This document shows positions 1 to 11,231 of a stretch of 64,000 nt of DNA, piece after piece (the stretch's first letter is position 1; the number at the start of each line of letters is the position of its first letter). The DNA is from an uncultured delta proteobacterium. GTDB lineage: Bacteria; Desulfobacterota; RBG-13-43-22. Below the pieces are notes generated by a model. The model was not told the origin of the DNA and made no database searches. It saw nothing but the letters and a program-made list of their open reading frames with translations. The position numbers were made by a program, and so were the translations under genes. Location: positions 160,001-224,000 of the forward strand of contig CAVQFQ010000005.1 in NCBI GenBank assembly GCA_963711835.1, written 5' to 3'.

Positions 1-1343
1 AAACTGAGCAGTTTACAGCGGGTTCGAGTGATTTTATTAATGGTGTTGAAGGTGGCGTCGATCGGACCCACACCGAAACCGGCCTTCTGAATGAGTTCCC
101 CGTTTACCTCGATCTGGACCGTGGCCGTGGGGACGGCCACATTGCCGCTGATGACATTCAAATAAATCAACTTATAGGTGTCGGGGACCATCAGCAATTC
201 GTCGGCGATCAGGGCCTCGATATCGTCATTGACGATATCCTTCTTTTTATCGGCCAGTTCTTTGAAGCGTTCGAAGATCTTTTGAAAATCTTCCCGGCTT
301 AAGGCATACCCCAAATCCCGGAGCCGCTCCTGAAAGGCATGGCGGCCGGAATGCTTTCCCAAGACCAGGACACTCTGGTCCAGGCCGACATCCTGGGGAG
401 TCATGATCTCATAGGTGGTTCGTTTCTTCAGGACCCCATCCTGGTGGATTCCCGATTCATGGGCAAAGGCATTGGCGCCTACGATGGCCTTGTTGGCCGG
501 CACCAGCAGGCCGGTGATACGGCTGACCAGGCGGCTGCTGGGATAAATTTGACGCGGATCAATCTGGGAATAATGGGGGATCAGATCCTTGCGGGTCCGC
601 AGGGCCATGACCAGTTCTTCCAGAGAAGTATTTCCGGCCCGTTCCCCAATGCCGTTGACCGTGACCTCAACCTGCCGGGCGCCCTTCTTAATAGCCGCTA
701 ATGAGTTGGCCAAGGCCAGGCCCAAGTCATTGTGACAGTGGCAACTCCAGATGACCCGCTCCGGATCTCCGGTTTGTTCTCGGAGGAGTTGAAATCGATC
801 GCCGAATTCCTCAGGCAGGGCATAGCCGACCGTATCGGGTATATTGATGGTAGTGGCCCCGGCTTGAATAGCCGTCTGGACCGCCTGGACCAGAAAAGGA
901 AACTCGGTGCGGGAAGCGTCCTCGGCCGAAAACTCAATATTGCTGAGATATTTCCTGGCATAGGTAATCGATTTTTTTATCATGTCCAGGACTTCCCGGC
1001 GGCTTAGCCGCAACTTAAACTTCAAATGGATATCGGAGGTGGCCACGAAGAGATGCAGCCGGGGGCTGGCTGCTTTTTGGATGGCCTCCCAGGCCCGATC
1101 AATATCCTCTTTCTGGGTTCGAGCCAGGGCTGCCACGGTTAATCCCTGAACATCCCGGGCGATCTGTGAAACGGCCTCGAAATCCCCCTGGGAGGCCACC
1201 GGAAAACCGGCCTCAATGACATCCACTTTTAATTTTTCCAACTGCCGGGCCAAGCGGAGCTTTTCAGCCTTGTTCATGCTGGCCCCGGGGGATTGCTCCC
1301 CGTCCCTTAAGGTAGTATCAAATATGATTATTTTTTCAGTCAT
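1..1343 (-). CDS. leuA: 2-isopropylmalate synthase (3' end runs off the window)
   Basis: Absent from the ORF track. Manual translation from ATG 1343 gives [20 protein letters not shown]...HCHNDLGLA...GERAGN...GIHQDG, in frame to the window edge. Confidence 0.96.
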   Translation of the reverse strand, partial: MTEKIIIFDTTLRDGEQSPGASMNKAEKLRLARQLEKLKVDVIEAGFPVASQGDFEAVSQIARDVQGLTVAALARTQKEDIDRAWEAIQKAASPRLHLFVATSDIHLKFKLRLSRREVLDMIKKSITYARKYLSNIEFSAEDASRTEFPFLVQAVQTAIQAGATTINIPDTVGYALPEEFGDRFQLLREQTGDPERVIWSCHCHNDLGLALANSLAAIKKGARQVEVTVNGIGERAGNTSLEELVMALRTRKDLIPHYSQIDPRQIYPSSRLVSRITGLLVPANKAIVGANAFAHESGIHQDGVLKKRTTYEIMTPQDVGLDQSVLVLGKHSGRHAFQERLRDLGYALSREDFQKIFERFKELADKKKDIVNDDIEALIADELLMVPDTYKLIYLNVISGNVAVPTATVQIEVNGELIQKAGFGVGPIDATFNTINKITRTRCKLLS

Positions 1344-1409
1344 CTAATCGAACTTCCTCATCCGCCCGTAATGAGCTGCGGCGGACGGGGCACCTCTTTT
1401 CTTGCTGGC

Positions 1410-2192
1410 TTATCCGGCATTTTGCTTGGCCGGCCTTTCCACACCCTCCGGAGACGTTTTCTTCTTGAGATTAACCACAGCCAGCAGCGGCCCGGAAAGG
1501 ACATAACCCAGAATACCGACCGACAACATCAGAAAGGGTTCCAGGGCAACCAGGACGAAGACCAGCACTACCGCCACCAAAAAATTAAAGGATCGCCTCT
1601 CGGCCAATTTTAACCCTTTAAAGCTGGGGTAATGAATGTTGCTGACCATGAGAAAAGACAAGACATAGATCATGATCAAAACCGCCAGGTAGCCGGTGGC
1701 CCCAGTGCCGCCTATCTGGAAGACAAATAAAATGGTGGTGGCGACAATGGTGGCCGCAGCCGGGATCGGCAGGCCGACGAAATAATTGTTGCCCACCTGT
1801 CCCACCTGGACGTTGAAGCGGGCCAGTCGCAGGGCCCCGCAGACGGCATAAAGAAAAGCCGCCATCCAGCCAAAACGATTAAAGGGCTTTAAGGCCCAGA
1901 GAAAGACCAGGATCGCCGGGGCCAGCCCAAAGGCAATCAGGTCCGAAAGGGAGTCGTACTGAATGCCGAAGGCGCTGGTGGTCCGGGTGATGCGGGCAAT
2001 CCGGCCGTCCAGGCCGTCCAGGACCGCGGCAATCAAAATCGAAAGAGCGGCCTGGTAGAAGTTTCCCTGGATGGCTGCAATGATGGCATAAAACCCGCAG
2101 AAAAGACTGGCCGTCGTTACCAGATTGGGCAATAAATAAATACCCCTTCGTTTTTCTTTTCTTTTTTTTCCTCTGGGGTTTGCAATGTTCAT
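1410..2192 (-). CDS. pssA: CDP-diacylglycerol--serine O-phosphatidyltransferase
   Basis: LPNLVT; DGLDGRIAR...FGIQYDSLSD CDP-alcohol phosphotransferase motif; LRLARFN. Confidence 0.95.
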   Translation of the reverse strand: MNIANPRGKKRKEKRRGIYLLPNLVTTASLFCGFYAIIAAIQGNFYQAALSILIAAVLDGLDGRIARITRTTSAFGIQYDSLSDLIAFGLAPAILVFLWALKPFNRFGWMAAFLYAVCGALRLARFNVQVGQVGNNYFVGLPIPAAATIVATTILFVFQIGGTGATGYLAVLIMIYVLSFLMVSNIHYPSFKGLKLAERRSFNFLVAVVLVFVLVALEPFLMLSVGILGYVLSGPLLAVVNLKKKTSPEGVERPAKQNAG

Positions 2193-2824
2193 GGCATTTC
2201 TCCTAATTGGCTTAAACCGGCCTTGACCTTAGCTCCCCGTTTGACGGTTACCTTTGAGGTTGGCGGCAGATAAAGGTCTACCCGGGAACCAAACCGAATC
2301 AACCCCAAACGCTCTCCCCGGTGCACGCGGTCACCGGGCCGGACCCAGCAGACTATCCGCCGGGCGATTAAGCCGGCTATCTGGACCAGGACGACGGCTT
2401 CCCCTTTTTCCGTTATCAGGAGCAAGGCATTTTGTTCGTTTTGTTTGGAAGCCCGTTCCTGATGAGCGGCAAAAAATTTCCCGGTCCGATAACGGATTTT
2501 TTCAATCCGGCCGCCGAGGGAAAATCGGTTGACATGACAATTAAAGACCGACATAAAGATGCTGATTTTAAGGGCCGGTCCGCCGGAGAAAAGGGCTTCT
2601 TCGCTTTCCTCCACCAGCAAGACCTTTCCGTCGGCCGGGGCCAGAACGGTTCTTTCCCCCGGAGGTGAACGCCGTTCCGGATCCCTGAAAAAAGAAATAA
2701 TAAAAAGGGTCAGGACCCCGGAGACGGCCCAGGCGATGGGAAGATCCAGCCATAAGAACAAAGCCGTCAGCCCGATCCCGGCCAGGATGAACGGATAGCC
2801 CTGCCGCGCTACCGGAATACGCAT
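2189..2824 (-). CDS. psd: phosphatidylserine decarboxylase proenzyme
   Basis: FFRDPER, SIFMSVFNCH, IRFGSRVD autocleavage motif; adjacent to pssA. Confidence 0.95.
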   Translation of the reverse strand: MRIPVARQGYPFILAGIGLTALFLWLDLPIAWAVSGVLTLFIISFFRDPERRSPPGERTVLAPADGKVLLVEESEEALFSGGPALKISIFMSVFNCHVNRFSLGGRIEKIRYRTGKFFAAHQERASKQNEQNALLLITEKGEAVVLVQIAGLIARRIVCWVRPGDRVHRGERLGLIRFGSRVDLYLPPTSKVTVKRGAKVKAGLSQLGEMP

Positions 2825-2831
2825 GCCGGGA

Positions 2832-3821
2832 TTATCTCTTCAACCAGCCCATCATCTGGCGCAGTTTTTTGCCGACCTCTTCAATAGGATGGTCCATTTC
2901 AATCCGGCGCAAGGCATTAAAGACCGGGCGATGGGCCTGGTTTTCCAGGATCCATTCCCGGGCGAACTCTCCGCTTTGGACTTCCATCAGGATCTGGCGC
3001 ATTTCTTCCCTGGTCTCTTCACTAATGATGCGTTTCCCCCGGGTCAGGTCCCCGTATTCGGCGGTATCACTGACCGAAAAGCGCATATTGGCCAGGCCCC
3101 CTTCATACATCAGATCAACAATGAGCTTCAACTCATGCATACATTCAAAATAGGCGATTTCCGGTTGATAGCCCGCTTCCACCAGGGTATCAAAACCGGC
3201 CTTGACCAGTTCGGTCACACCGCCGCAGAGAACGGCCTGTTCCCCGAAAAGGTCGGTTTCGGTCTCTTCCTTAAAGGTAGTTAAAATAACGCCGGCCCGG
3301 GTGGCTCCGATCCCTTTGGCATAGGCCAGACCGGTCTTTAAGGCCTGGCCGCTGGGATTCTGATAGATGGCCACCAGGGAGGGAACCCCGGCCCCTTTTT
3401 CAAATTCCCGTCTGACCAGATGGCCCGGGCCCTTGGGAGCGATCATGATGACGTCCACGTCGGCCGGCGGCTCAATTTGTCCGAAATGGATGTTAAATCC
3501 ATGGGAAAAAACCAGGGTTTTACTGGAATCCAGGTGGGGCTTGACCTCTTTTTCAAATAAAAAGGCCTGGACATGATCCTGGGCCAGGATCTGGATGACC
3601 CGGCTCTGGGCCGAGGCTTCCGCAGCCGAAACCGGTGAAAAGCCGTGTTCCCGGGCCAGTTCAAAGTTCAGGGTGCCGGCCAGTTCCGCCACCACCACCT
3701 CAACCCCGGAATCCCTGAGATTCAAGGCCTGGGCATGTCCCTGACTTCCATAGCCGATAATAGCTACTTTTTTATTCTTCAGTACATTGAGATCCGCATC
3801 CTGGTCGTAAAAAATCTCCAT
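2832..3821 (-). CDS. ilvC: ketol-acid reductoisomerase
   Basis: [34 protein letters not shown]. Start corrected to ATG 3821 ([10 protein letters not shown]), which follows a GAGGGAGG RBS. Confidence 0.97.
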   Translation of the reverse strand: MEIFYDQDADLNVLKNKKVAIIGYGSQGHAQALNLRDSGVEVVVAELAGTLNFELAREHGFSPVSAAEASAQSRVIQILAQDHVQAFLFEKEVKPHLDSSKTLVFSHGFNIHFGQIEPPADVDVIMIAPKGPGHLVRREFEKGAGVPSLVAIYQNPSGQALKTGLAYAKGIGATRAGVILTTFKEETETDLFGEQAVLCGGVTELVKAGFDTLVEAGYQPEIAYFECMHELKLIVDLMYEGGLANMRFSVSDTAEYGDLTRGKRIISEETREEMRQILMEVQSGEFAREWILENQAHRPVFNALRRIEMDHPIEEVGKKLRQMMGWLKR

Positions 3822-3849
3822 TTTCTTTTTCCTCCCTCGCGTAGTTGGC

Positions 3850-4374
3850 TTATCCTTTTTCTCTTTTGAGCGGCGCTTCTTTTTTACTTCTGGCCATGGC
3901 GATGGCACCGGTTCGGGCAATCTCCTTGATGCCCAGATGATTCAACAGGTCTAAAATCGCCCCGAGTTTGCTTTCATTTCCGGTGACTTCAATGGTGTAG
4001 TATTGGGGACTGACATCCACCACCTGGCAACGAAAAATATCTACAATCCTGAGCACTTCCGCCCGGGTGCTGGCCTCGGCCCGGACTTTAATCAAGGCCA
4101 TTTCCCTTTCCACAAATTCGGTATTCGTGAAATCCCAGACCTTGATAACATTGACCAATTTATTGAGTTGCTTGGTTATCTGTTCGACGATCTGGTCGTT
4201 ACCGCGGGTAACCAGGGTGATCCGGGAAACCTTTGCATCCATGGTCTCGGCCACACAGAGGCTTTCGATGTTAAAGCCCCGGCCGCTGAACAAACCGGTT
4301 ACCCGGGATAGAACGCCCGGTTCGTTATCCACTAAAACCGAAATGGTATGTTTCTGACCCTGATTATTTTCCAT
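3850..4374 (-). CDS. ilvN: acetolactate synthase small subunit
   Basis: [31 protein letters not shown] domain. Confidence 0.96.
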   Translation of the reverse strand: MENNQGQKHTISVLVDNEPGVLSRVTGLFSGRGFNIESLCVAETMDAKVSRITLVTRGNDQIVEQITKQLNKLVNVIKVWDFTNTEFVEREMALIKVRAEASTRAEVLRIVDIFRCQVVDVSPQYYTIEVTGNESKLGAILDLLNHLGIKEIARTGAIAMARSKKEAPLKREKG

Positions 4375-4422
4375 GGTTTCTTTTGTTTTTTTCTTCCACT
4401 ACTAAAGGTTTTTAGGGCTTTC

Positions 4423-4470
4423 CCTATGAGCTGAGTTGCTAAGAGCTATAAACTAATTTGCTATGAGCTA
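4423..4470. repeat. degenerate heptamer repeat tract (CTATGAG / TAGCTCA type)
   Basis: ctatgagctgagttgctaagagctataaactaatttgctatgagcta; reverse complement of the tract at 8516-8598. Confidence 0.6.
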
Positions 4471-4478
4471 TTTTACTA

Positions 4479-6167
4479 TCAGACTAACAACATTTCGGTC
4501 ATGGCCTTGCCGGCCGGGACCATCGGTAAAACGCATTCCTCCGGAGAAACCACAAAATCCATGATGACCGGTCCGTTGATCTTCAAGGCTTTTTCAATCA
4601 CCGGCATTACCTCTTCGGGTTTGACGGCCCTGAACCCGGCCGCCCCATAAGCCTCGGCCAGTTTTACAAAATCAGGGTTGCCCTTCAGAAAGGTTTGGGC
4701 ATACCGTCTCTTATAAAAGAGTTCCTGCCATTGACGGACCATGCCCAGGTAGCCGTTGTTCAAGATGGCTATTTTTACCGGGATCTGGTTGGCCACGGCT
4801 GTGGCCATTTCCTGAATATTCATTTGGATGCTTCCATCGCCGGCAATGTCAAAAACCATCCGGTCCGGGCAGGCTACCTGGGCACCGATGGCCGCCGGAA
4901 ATCCGTATCCCATGACCCCCAATCCCCCGGAGGTAATGAAGGAATTGGGCTGATCAAAGAGGTAAAATTGAGCGGCCCACATCTGATTCTGCCCCACCTC
5001 GGTGGTAATAATAGCCTTCCCCTGGGTCGCTTCGTATATCTTTTCCACCACAAATTGGGGTTTGATCTCCTCCTCGGTTTGCTCATAGGCCAGGGGATGG
5101 CTTTTTTTCCAATCGGTGATTTGCTCCAACCAGGGCCGGCGAATCTTTTTCCAGTCCTGTTTGACGGATTTTTGAACCAGATGATTCAGCTGGGTCAGGG
5201 CATCCCGGCAATCCCCGACGATCGGTATCTCCACTTGAACATTTTTCCGAATCGAGGTCGGATCAATATCAATGTGAATGATACGGGCTTCCGGGGCAAA
5301 CTGGTCGACTTTACCGGTAACCCGGTCATCAAAACGGGCCCCGATGGCGATCAGGACATCACACTGGGCCACCGACATGTTGGCCCAATAGGTTCCGTGC
5401 ATGCCCAACATCCCTAAAGACAAGGCGTGGCTTCCGGGAAATCCGCCCAGACCCATTAAGGTCGTGGTGACCGGGATGTCCAGTTTTTCGGCCAGGTCCC
5501 GAAGCTCGGCTGAGGCATTGGCGGAAATGACGCCCCCCCCGGCATAGATGACCGGTTTCTTGGCCTTCAGCAGTAAGGCGGAGGCCTTTTCCATTTGCCT
5601 GGGATGGGCGCCGTAGGTGGGATGGTAACTCCTCATCTCGATTTTTTTGGGATACTTAAATTCGGTTTTGTCCTTAAGAATGTCTTTGGGCAGATCCACC
5701 AGCACCGGTCCGGGTCGGCCTGAACGGGCCAAATAAAAGGCCTCTTTAATAATACCGGCCAAGTCCCCGACCTGTTTAACCAGGTAATTATGCTTGGTAC
5801 AGGGACGGGTGATCCCGACAATGTCCACCTCCTGGAAGGCGTCGTTCCCGATCATCATGGTTGGAACCTGGCCGGTCAAGACCACGACCGGGATGGAGTC
5901 CATAAAGGCTGAGGCAATCCCCGTAACGGTATTGGTCGCCCCCGGCCCGGAAGTCACCAGGCAGACCCCGACACTTCCGGAAGCCCGGGCATAGCCGTCG
6001 GCCATATGAACCGCCCCCTGTTCGTGGCGAACCAGGTAATGGCGCAGGGGCCGTTTTTCCAGATAATCATAGATGTCGGTGGTGGCGCCGCCCGGGTATC
6101 CGAACAGGGTGGTTATCCCTTCCTGAATCAGGCTCTCAACAACGATTTCAGCTCCGCTCAGTTTCAA
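4479..6167 (-). CDS. ilvB: acetolactate synthase large subunit
   Basis: [28 protein letters not shown]...NN TPP-binding motif. Confidence 0.97.
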   Translation of the reverse strand: MKLSGAEIVVESLIQEGITTLFGYPGGATTDIYDYLEKRPLRHYLVRHEQGAVHMADGYARASGSVGVCLVTSGPGATNTVTGIASAFMDSIPVVVLTGQVPTMMIGNDAFQEVDIVGITRPCTKHNYLVKQVGDLAGIIKEAFYLARSGRPGPVLVDLPKDILKDKTEFKYPKKIEMRSYHPTYGAHPRQMEKASALLLKAKKPVIYAGGGVISANASAELRDLAEKLDIPVTTTLMGLGGFPGSHALSLGMLGMHGTYWANMSVAQCDVLIAIGARFDDRVTGKVDQFAPEARIIHIDIDPTSIRKNVQVEIPIVGDCRDALTQLNHLVQKSVKQDWKKIRRPWLEQITDWKKSHPLAYEQTEEEIKPQFVVEKIYEATQGKAIITTEVGQNQMWAAQFYLFDQPNSFITSGGLGVMGYGFPAAIGAQVACPDRMVFDIAGDGSIQMNIQEMATAVANQIPVKIAILNNGYLGMVRQWQELFYKRRYAQTFLKGNPDFVKLAEAYGAAGFRAVKPEEVMPVIEKALKINGPVIMDFVVSPEECVLPMVPAGKAMTEMLLV

Positions 6168-6400
6168 GCGACCCTTCCTTTGTCCCGGTGAGCCCGTAAA
6201 ATCTCTTCGATCCGGTCTCGACCCGCCAACTTCAACTTTTGGATCCGTTTCTTCTCCAGGTTCTCTTCATCGCTGAGATAGATCCTTTTACGGAGATCTT
6301 CCAGCTTAAGTTCAAATTTCCGGTGTTCGGTCATCAAAAGCCGCAATTCCTCATTATCAGCGAGGAGTTGGTCGATCAACTCTTCATCTTTTTTTTCCAT
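6164..6400 (-). CDS. DUF465/YdcH-like small coiled-coil protein
   Basis: MEKKDEELI...EHRKFE...[15 protein letters not shown]; usual position upstream of ilvB. Confidence 0.75.
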   Translation of the reverse strand: MEKKDEELIDQLLADNEELRLLMTEHRKFELKLEDLRKRIYLSDEENLEKKRIQKLKLAGRDRIEEILRAHRDKGRVA

Positions 6401-6418
6401 AACCTTCTCCGTTGAAAT

Positions 6419-6502
6419 TGACTCGTAAAAAGTAATCAAGCCGACGGCACAGCAAAAAGCCTTCCGCCATGCCGGACAGATGAACTTTTTGCGAAGCCGT
6501 CA
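6419..6502. repeat. short MITE-like inverted-repeat element
   Basis: Arms gactcgtaaaaagt and gacggcacagcaaaaag pair with actttttgcgaagccgtc. Confidence 0.55.
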
Positions 6503-6612
6503 TGATTGTGCTATGAATATCTTAAAAGATCAGGCCCTTTTTGTCAAACACAAAGACGGAAGCCTTTTTTTTCTAACTGCTAAGGAATATTTGGAAATCA
6601 GCTCCCGGAATT

Positions 6613-7602
6613 ATGACCAGATCAAGAATGATCCTTTTGGCCGGCATCGTAGGAGTTCCGCTTTTTCTCTTAACCGCCGTTTCTCCCGACAGCACCGCCT
6701 TTCAGGGCCCACTGGAAATAAGAAATCAATTCCCTCTTTTTATCCATCTCAACTCCCCTTGCCTGGAATCAGCCTCCCAACAGGACCGCTTCTCGCTTGT
6801 TTTTTCCTATTCCAGCCTCTTCCTGCTGAAGCGTTCAAACGATTGGTCCGTCCAGATGGACCTGGAAACCCTTGAATTTGCCTTGCGGGTCAAAAAAAAC
6901 ATCCCTCAGGTCATGGAAATAGGGCTGGAAATCCCTTTATTGTCCTTTAACAGTGGCGTTCTGGACGATCCCTTACAATGGTATCATCAAACCTTCGGCT
7001 TTCCCGATTACGGCAGAAGCACCCGGCCAAGAAATGACTATTTGTACCGGGTGGGAAAAGGTGGGAAAGTGGTCCTCGAAGGAGAATTGGGCAAATTAGG
7101 GTTGGGGGACATCCGGATCACCGGAAAAAAGGAATTATTCAGGATGGATGGCCACCCCTTTTTAAGCCTGAAATTGGACATCGAGCTGCCCACTGGAGAC
7201 CCCCAAAAGGGGTACGGCAACGGCAGCCTGGATATCGGTCTGGGCCTGCTCCTGGAAAAGGAAATTACCCGGTCCCTGCTGGCTGTCGCCAACGCAGGTC
7301 TGGTCGTACCCGGCCCCTGGAAGGCCAAAGAAACGATTGCCCTCAGGGAGTATTATTACGGAGGCATTGGAATGGAATGGGCCTTTTCGAAGCATCTTTC
7401 TTTCCTGAGCCAGGTCTGGGCCCAGACTTCTCCTTTTCCGGAGACAGGGATCGATTCGATAGATCGCCCGGCCGTGCTCTTCTCCCTGGGCGGCAGGTAT
7501 TCTCCGGGCCAGAACAGTCTGGAACTCTCCCTGACCGAGGATGTAACTACTTCCGGGGCCCCAGATTTTACCCTGAACCTGGCCTTTAAAAGAAGATTTT
7601 AA
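6613..7602 (+). CDS. DUF3187-like outer-membrane beta-barrel protein
   Basis: Signal peptide, GPLEIRNQFP, LD..LQWYHQTFGFP, LPTGD, C-terminal Phe. Confidence 0.7.
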   Translation: MTRSRMILLAGIVGVPLFLLTAVSPDSTAFQGPLEIRNQFPLFIHLNSPCLESASQQDRFSLVFSYSSLFLLKRSNDWSVQMDLETLEFALRVKKNIPQVMEIGLEIPLLSFNSGVLDDPLQWYHQTFGFPDYGRSTRPRNDYLYRVGKGGKVVLEGELGKLGLGDIRITGKKELFRMDGHPFLSLKLDIELPTGDPQKGYGNGSLDIGLGLLLEKEITRSLLAVANAGLVVPGPWKAKETIALREYYYGGIGMEWAFSKHLSFLSQVWAQTSPFPETGIDSIDRPAVLFSLGGRYSPGQNSLELSLTEDVTTSGAPDFTLNLAFKRRF

Positions 7603-7757
7603 AACACCATCCTAACATAATGACTCCTATGGAAATGGATTAGGTTTGACACAGAAAAGGAAGGTAGGCTATGATTTTTATACCCTTTCTTCCTATCCTT
7701 CGGACCGGCGGAAGATCAGGGGGTTAGGCTAGCCAAGGCAGCCTGAGGAGGACCATC

Positions 7758-8513
7758 ATGAAATGGATTGAGGCTGAAACGGATGACGGGGTTACGATTC
7801 TAAAATTAAATCACGGTATCACCAATGCCTTAAACGGCGAACTGGTCAAGGAACTCAGAGAGTGTCTCCGGCACCTTCAGGGTCAATCCGAGGTCAAGGC
7901 CCTGGTTCTGACCAGCGCCAATGAAAAATTCTTTTCCAACGGCTTTGATCTCCCGGAACTATTTTCCATGACGCCAGGTGATTTCGAGGAGTTCTTCACC
8001 GGGTATAATCATCTTTGTCTGGAACTCTATACCCTCCCCCGACCTACTGTGGCCGCCTTAACCGGGCATGCCATTGCCGGAGGCTTTATCCTGGCCTCCT
8101 GTTGCGACTACCGCTTTTTTATGGACGGGAAAAAATACTGTGCCTTGAATGAAGTCAACCTCGGGGTCCCGGTCCCTTTTCTGGCCGACCTTGTTTTACG
8201 GCAACTGGTCGGAGACCGTCAGGCCACCGAGATCATGTATACCGGCCGGCTGATCACGGCTGAAGAGGCCCTGCGAATGGGGTTTGTGGATGCCCTTTTC
8301 CCCCTCGATCAACTCCGGAGCCAGGCCCTGAACAAGGCCCGTTTTCTGGGCAATTTGCCGGCCGAGGCCCTCAGGCGGATCAAAGAAAACCGGACAGCCG
8401 GAATAGCCAGAGAAATTCGAGGCCGCCTGGAGGAAGACATAAAGACCTTCCTTAAATTCTGGTACCTGGCCGAGGCCCGGGAACGATTAAAAGAGGCCAT
8501 CAAGAAATTCTAA
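7758..8513 (+). CDS. enoyl-CoA hydratase/isomerase family protein
   Basis: FFSNGFDL, GHAIAGG, NEVNLG crotonase motifs. Confidence 0.92.
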   Translation: MKWIEAETDDGVTILKLNHGITNALNGELVKELRECLRHLQGQSEVKALVLTSANEKFFSNGFDLPELFSMTPGDFEEFFTGYNHLCLELYTLPRPTVAALTGHAIAGGFILASCCDYRFFMDGKKYCALNEVNLGVPVPFLADLVLRQLVGDRQATEIMYTGRLITAEEALRMGFVDALFPLDQLRSQALNKARFLGNLPAEALRRIKENRTAGIAREIRGRLEEDIKTFLKFWYLAEARERLKEAIKKF

Positions 8514-8515
8514 TC

Positions 8516-8598
8516 AGCTCATAGCTCATAGCAAAGACCAAATAGCTCAGGGCTGAGAGCTCACGGCAAATAGCTCATAGCAATTTAGCTGATAGCTG
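8516..8598. repeat. heptamer repeat tract (TAGCTCA/TAGCTGA)
   Basis: cagctcatagctcatagc...tagctcagggctgagagctcacggc...tagctcatagc...tagctgatagctg. Confidence 0.7.
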
Positions 8599-8624
8599 GT
8601 AATCAGCGGGAGGAAAGACTATCC

Positions 8625-9161
8625 ATGGATTTTAAGCTGGGGCAGACAACCTTTTTTTTAGAAGGAGGGGATATCACCCGACAGGAAACCGAGGCCATTG
8701 TCAATGCCGCCAATTCACGCCTGGCGGGCGGAGGGGGCGTGGATGGGGCCATTCACAGCGCCGGCGGTCCGTCCATTATGGAAGAATGCCGCCGGATCGG
8801 AAGCTGCCCCACGGGCCAGGCGGTGATCACTACCGGGGGGAATTTGCGGGCCAAATACGTCATCCATACCGTAGGGCCCATTTACCAGGGAGGAACCAAG
8901 GGAGAAGCCCGGCTTCTGGCCAGTGCCTATCGGGAAAGCCTCAAGCTGGCCCAGGAAAAGGGCCTTCGATCGCTGGCCTTTCCCTCCCTGAGCACCGGGG
9001 CCTATGGCTATCCCTTAGAAGAAGCGGCTCGGATTGCCGTTGAAACCGTAATTCGTTATCTGCAGGAGAATCCGGTTTTTGATAGGGTCGGCTTTGTCCT
9101 GTTTGGAAGTCAATCCTATCAGGCCTATCTTCAGGCCGCCGGGGAAACCTTGAAAGGGTGA
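8625..9161 (+). CDS. macro domain O-acetyl-ADP-ribose deacetylase (YmdB-like)
   Basis: GDIT, AIVNAAN..L.GGGGVDGAIH, VIHTVGP, STGAYGYP. Confidence 0.93.
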   Translation: MDFKLGQTTFFLEGGDITRQETEAIVNAANSRLAGGGGVDGAIHSAGGPSIMEECRRIGSCPTGQAVITTGGNLRAKYVIHTVGPIYQGGTKGEARLLASAYRESLKLAQEKGLRSLAFPSLSTGAYGYPLEEAARIAVETVIRYLQENPVFDRVGFVLFGSQSYQAYLQAAGETLKG

Positions 9162-10223
9162 TTATCGAATTTTGCGGATCCGGCCATTCGGATCGATCTG
9201 AAGTTCGAGGTTGTTTTTTAATCCGCTGGTCCCTCTTTTGATGATTTGAATCCCCTCCCCTTCCGGATCAACTTCCGGCAGACCCCCCTTAACCAATATT
9301 AAAGGGACCAATTGCCCCTCCAGGAAGTCTCCGTTCTCCAGGGCCAATTCAGCCTTCAGGATGGTGCTTATTCCCATGGGCCCCTTGAGATTGAACATTC
9401 CGTAGGTCAAAAAATTCCCCAGGCTGTAGGCAATCAATTTGTCCCGGTAAATCTCCATGGGACGGAGGACGTGCGGCCCGTGCCCGAGTACTAGATCCGC
9501 TCCGGCATCAACGACCGATCGGGAAAAATGGACCACATTGCCTCGGTTCTCTCCCATAAAAATTTCGTTTCCTTGGGCAAGGCGGAGAGCGTCTTTTCCT
9601 TCCGCGCCTCCATGGAAAGAGACAATCACCAGGTCATAGGCTTCCTTCAGACGACCGACGATCTCCCGCGCCCGGGGAATATCCAAAAGAGAAAAACTGG
9701 TTGGGGAAGGGGTAAAGGAAAAACCGACCAGGGCTACGCTCCGCTCCTTAATCTCAAAGACTGCGATTTGGCTGCCCCCCAGGCCTTTTATCCCCAGGGC
9801 CTTCAGGGTCTCCAGTGTACTTTGGATCCCTTCCCATCCGAAATCGAAGCTGTGATTATTGGCCAGATTCAAGGCATTAAAACCGGCCTGCTTCAGATAG
9901 GTCCCGTATCGGGTGGGACTTTTGAATTCAAAACACCAGCGGCTTTTTTCATCTTTACATTTGGCCTGCTCTCCCTCATCCAATAACGGACCTTCCAGGT
10001 TGCCGAAAACAATATCTCCGCCCTTTAAATAGTCTCCGACCTCTTTAAAGATCTCCTTCCCGTCGTTGGGCGGCAGATTCCCCCGGGATCCGGTAGAACC
10101 CATCATAATGTCCCCAACGGCCACCACAGTCAGGGTCTTGCCGGCCCCGGCTTGTAAGATCCCAAAGGCCGCCAACACGCATAACCAACAGAGGCCGAAG
10201 ATAAAAACCGTTTTAATCCTCAC
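9162..10223 (-). CDS. CapA family (poly-gamma-glutamate synthesis-like) metallophosphatase
   Basis: AVGDIMMG, GNLEG, ANNHSFDFG, SFHGGAEG, GHGPHV, YSLGNF. Probable GTG start at 10223; the ORF is open to 10283. Confidence 0.9.
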   Translation of the reverse strand: MRIKTVFIFGLCWLCVLAAFGILQAGAGKTLTVVAVGDIMMGSTGSRGNLPPNDGKEIFKEVGDYLKGGDIVFGNLEGPLLDEGEQAKCKDEKSRWCFEFKSPTRYGTYLKQAGFNALNLANNHSFDFGWEGIQSTLETLKALGIKGLGGSQIAVFEIKERSVALVGFSFTPSPTSFSLLDIPRAREIVGRLKEAYDLVIVSFHGGAEGKDALRLAQGNEIFMGENRGNVVHFSRSVVDAGADLVLGHGPHVLRPMEIYRDKLIAYSLGNFLTYGMFNLKGPMGISTILKAELALENGDFLEGQLVPLILVKGGLPEVDPEGEGIQIIKRGTSGLKNNLELQIDPNGRIRKIR

Positions 10224-10296
10224 CAAACGATCCTTTTTGGTTTGACTAAAGGCTAACCAAAGATAATTGAAATATTTCTCCACCGTTGATCATTTG

Positions 10297-10511
10297 GGTG
10301 GTTGGGTATCTTGTTTTTGAGTTTTCCAAAAGGGGACTCGGCGCCATAATTCCGGCCCGAATCAGTTAAGTCGATTAGGAGAAGGGCATTCACCCAACCT
10401 CTTTTGGCGCTTTGGTTTGGGCCTGCACCGAAAACAATTTTGAAATTTGGCCCGGGAACGAAGCTCCTGGCGTTTAGATGGAAAACTCAAAAAACAAGAT
10501 ACCCAACCACC
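10297..10511. mobile_element. free-standing ~215-bp IR-bounded hairpin element (core unit D)
   Basis: ~32-bp TIR ggtggttgggtatcttgtttttgagttttcca / tggaaaactcaaaaaacaagatacccaaccacc; flanks tcatttg/ttatttg; interior homologous to the cores of elements A and B. Confidence 0.8.
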
Positions 10512-10749
10512 TTATTTGGGAAGTCAGAGATAAATTCTCAAAATAGGCTGACTAAGCAACTAATGAGACCTTTATACTATAAAAAGGGAACCCTTGACAA
10601 CGGGCTAATAAAATTATAAAAATTAGAGGACCGGCCGGTGTTGGAAAAGCGAACCTATTTCAGGCCGGCCAATGGCTGTCAGGCAATAATTAAACGAACA
10701 TCGACAAGGAATTTAAAAGAATCCTTTCTATTTTGAAGAGACTCGCATA

Positions 10750-11229
10750 GTGAGCACCCGAAGACCGGCCGCACTTACCGGGCTTATTAAATTTTTAGCC
10801 TCGGGGACCTATCTCGGGTATAGTCCCCTGGCTTCCGGCACCTTCGGGTCCCTCTGGGGGATTCCGGCGGCTTTTTGGCTTTCTTCTCAAAGGCCGTTAA
10901 CCCAGGGGGTGATCCTGATTTTTTCGATCCTCTTTTCCGTTTTCCTATCGGGGGAGGCAGCCGGGATTTGGGGGGAGAAAGATCCGTCAAAAGTCGTCGT
11001 GGACGAAATTGTCGGCTATATGACCGCCATGGTTTTTCTCCCTTTTTCCTGGGCCACGGCCTGGACCGGGTTTGTTGTTTTCAGGGTCATGGATGTCTGG
11101 AAACCGTTTCCCATCCGGAATATTGATCGGGATCTCCCCGGAGGCTGGGGGATCGTTTTGGATGATGTTCTGGCCGGGGTTTACACCCAGGTCCTGCTGC
11201 GGTTCTTATTGGCTTATCGGGTCCTATAA
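10750..11229 (+). CDS. pgpA: phosphatidylglycerophosphatase A
   Basis: ASGTFGSL, DPSKVVVDEIVG, KPFPI, GIVLDDVLAG. Confidence 0.95.
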   Translation: MSTRRPAALTGLIKFLASGTYLGYSPLASGTFGSLWGIPAAFWLSSQRPLTQGVILIFSILFSVFLSGEAAGIWGEKDPSKVVVDEIVGYMTAMVFLPFSWATAWTGFVVFRVMDVWKPFPIRNIDRDLPGGWGIVLDDVLAGVYTQVLLRFLLAYRVL

Positions 11230-11231
11230 TC

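Noticed and set aside
7600-7640. Fluoride riboswitch (TAATGACTCCTA resembles its 3' end)
   Set aside because: The 5' GGCGATGGAGTTCGCC-type element is missing and the downstream gene is unrelated.
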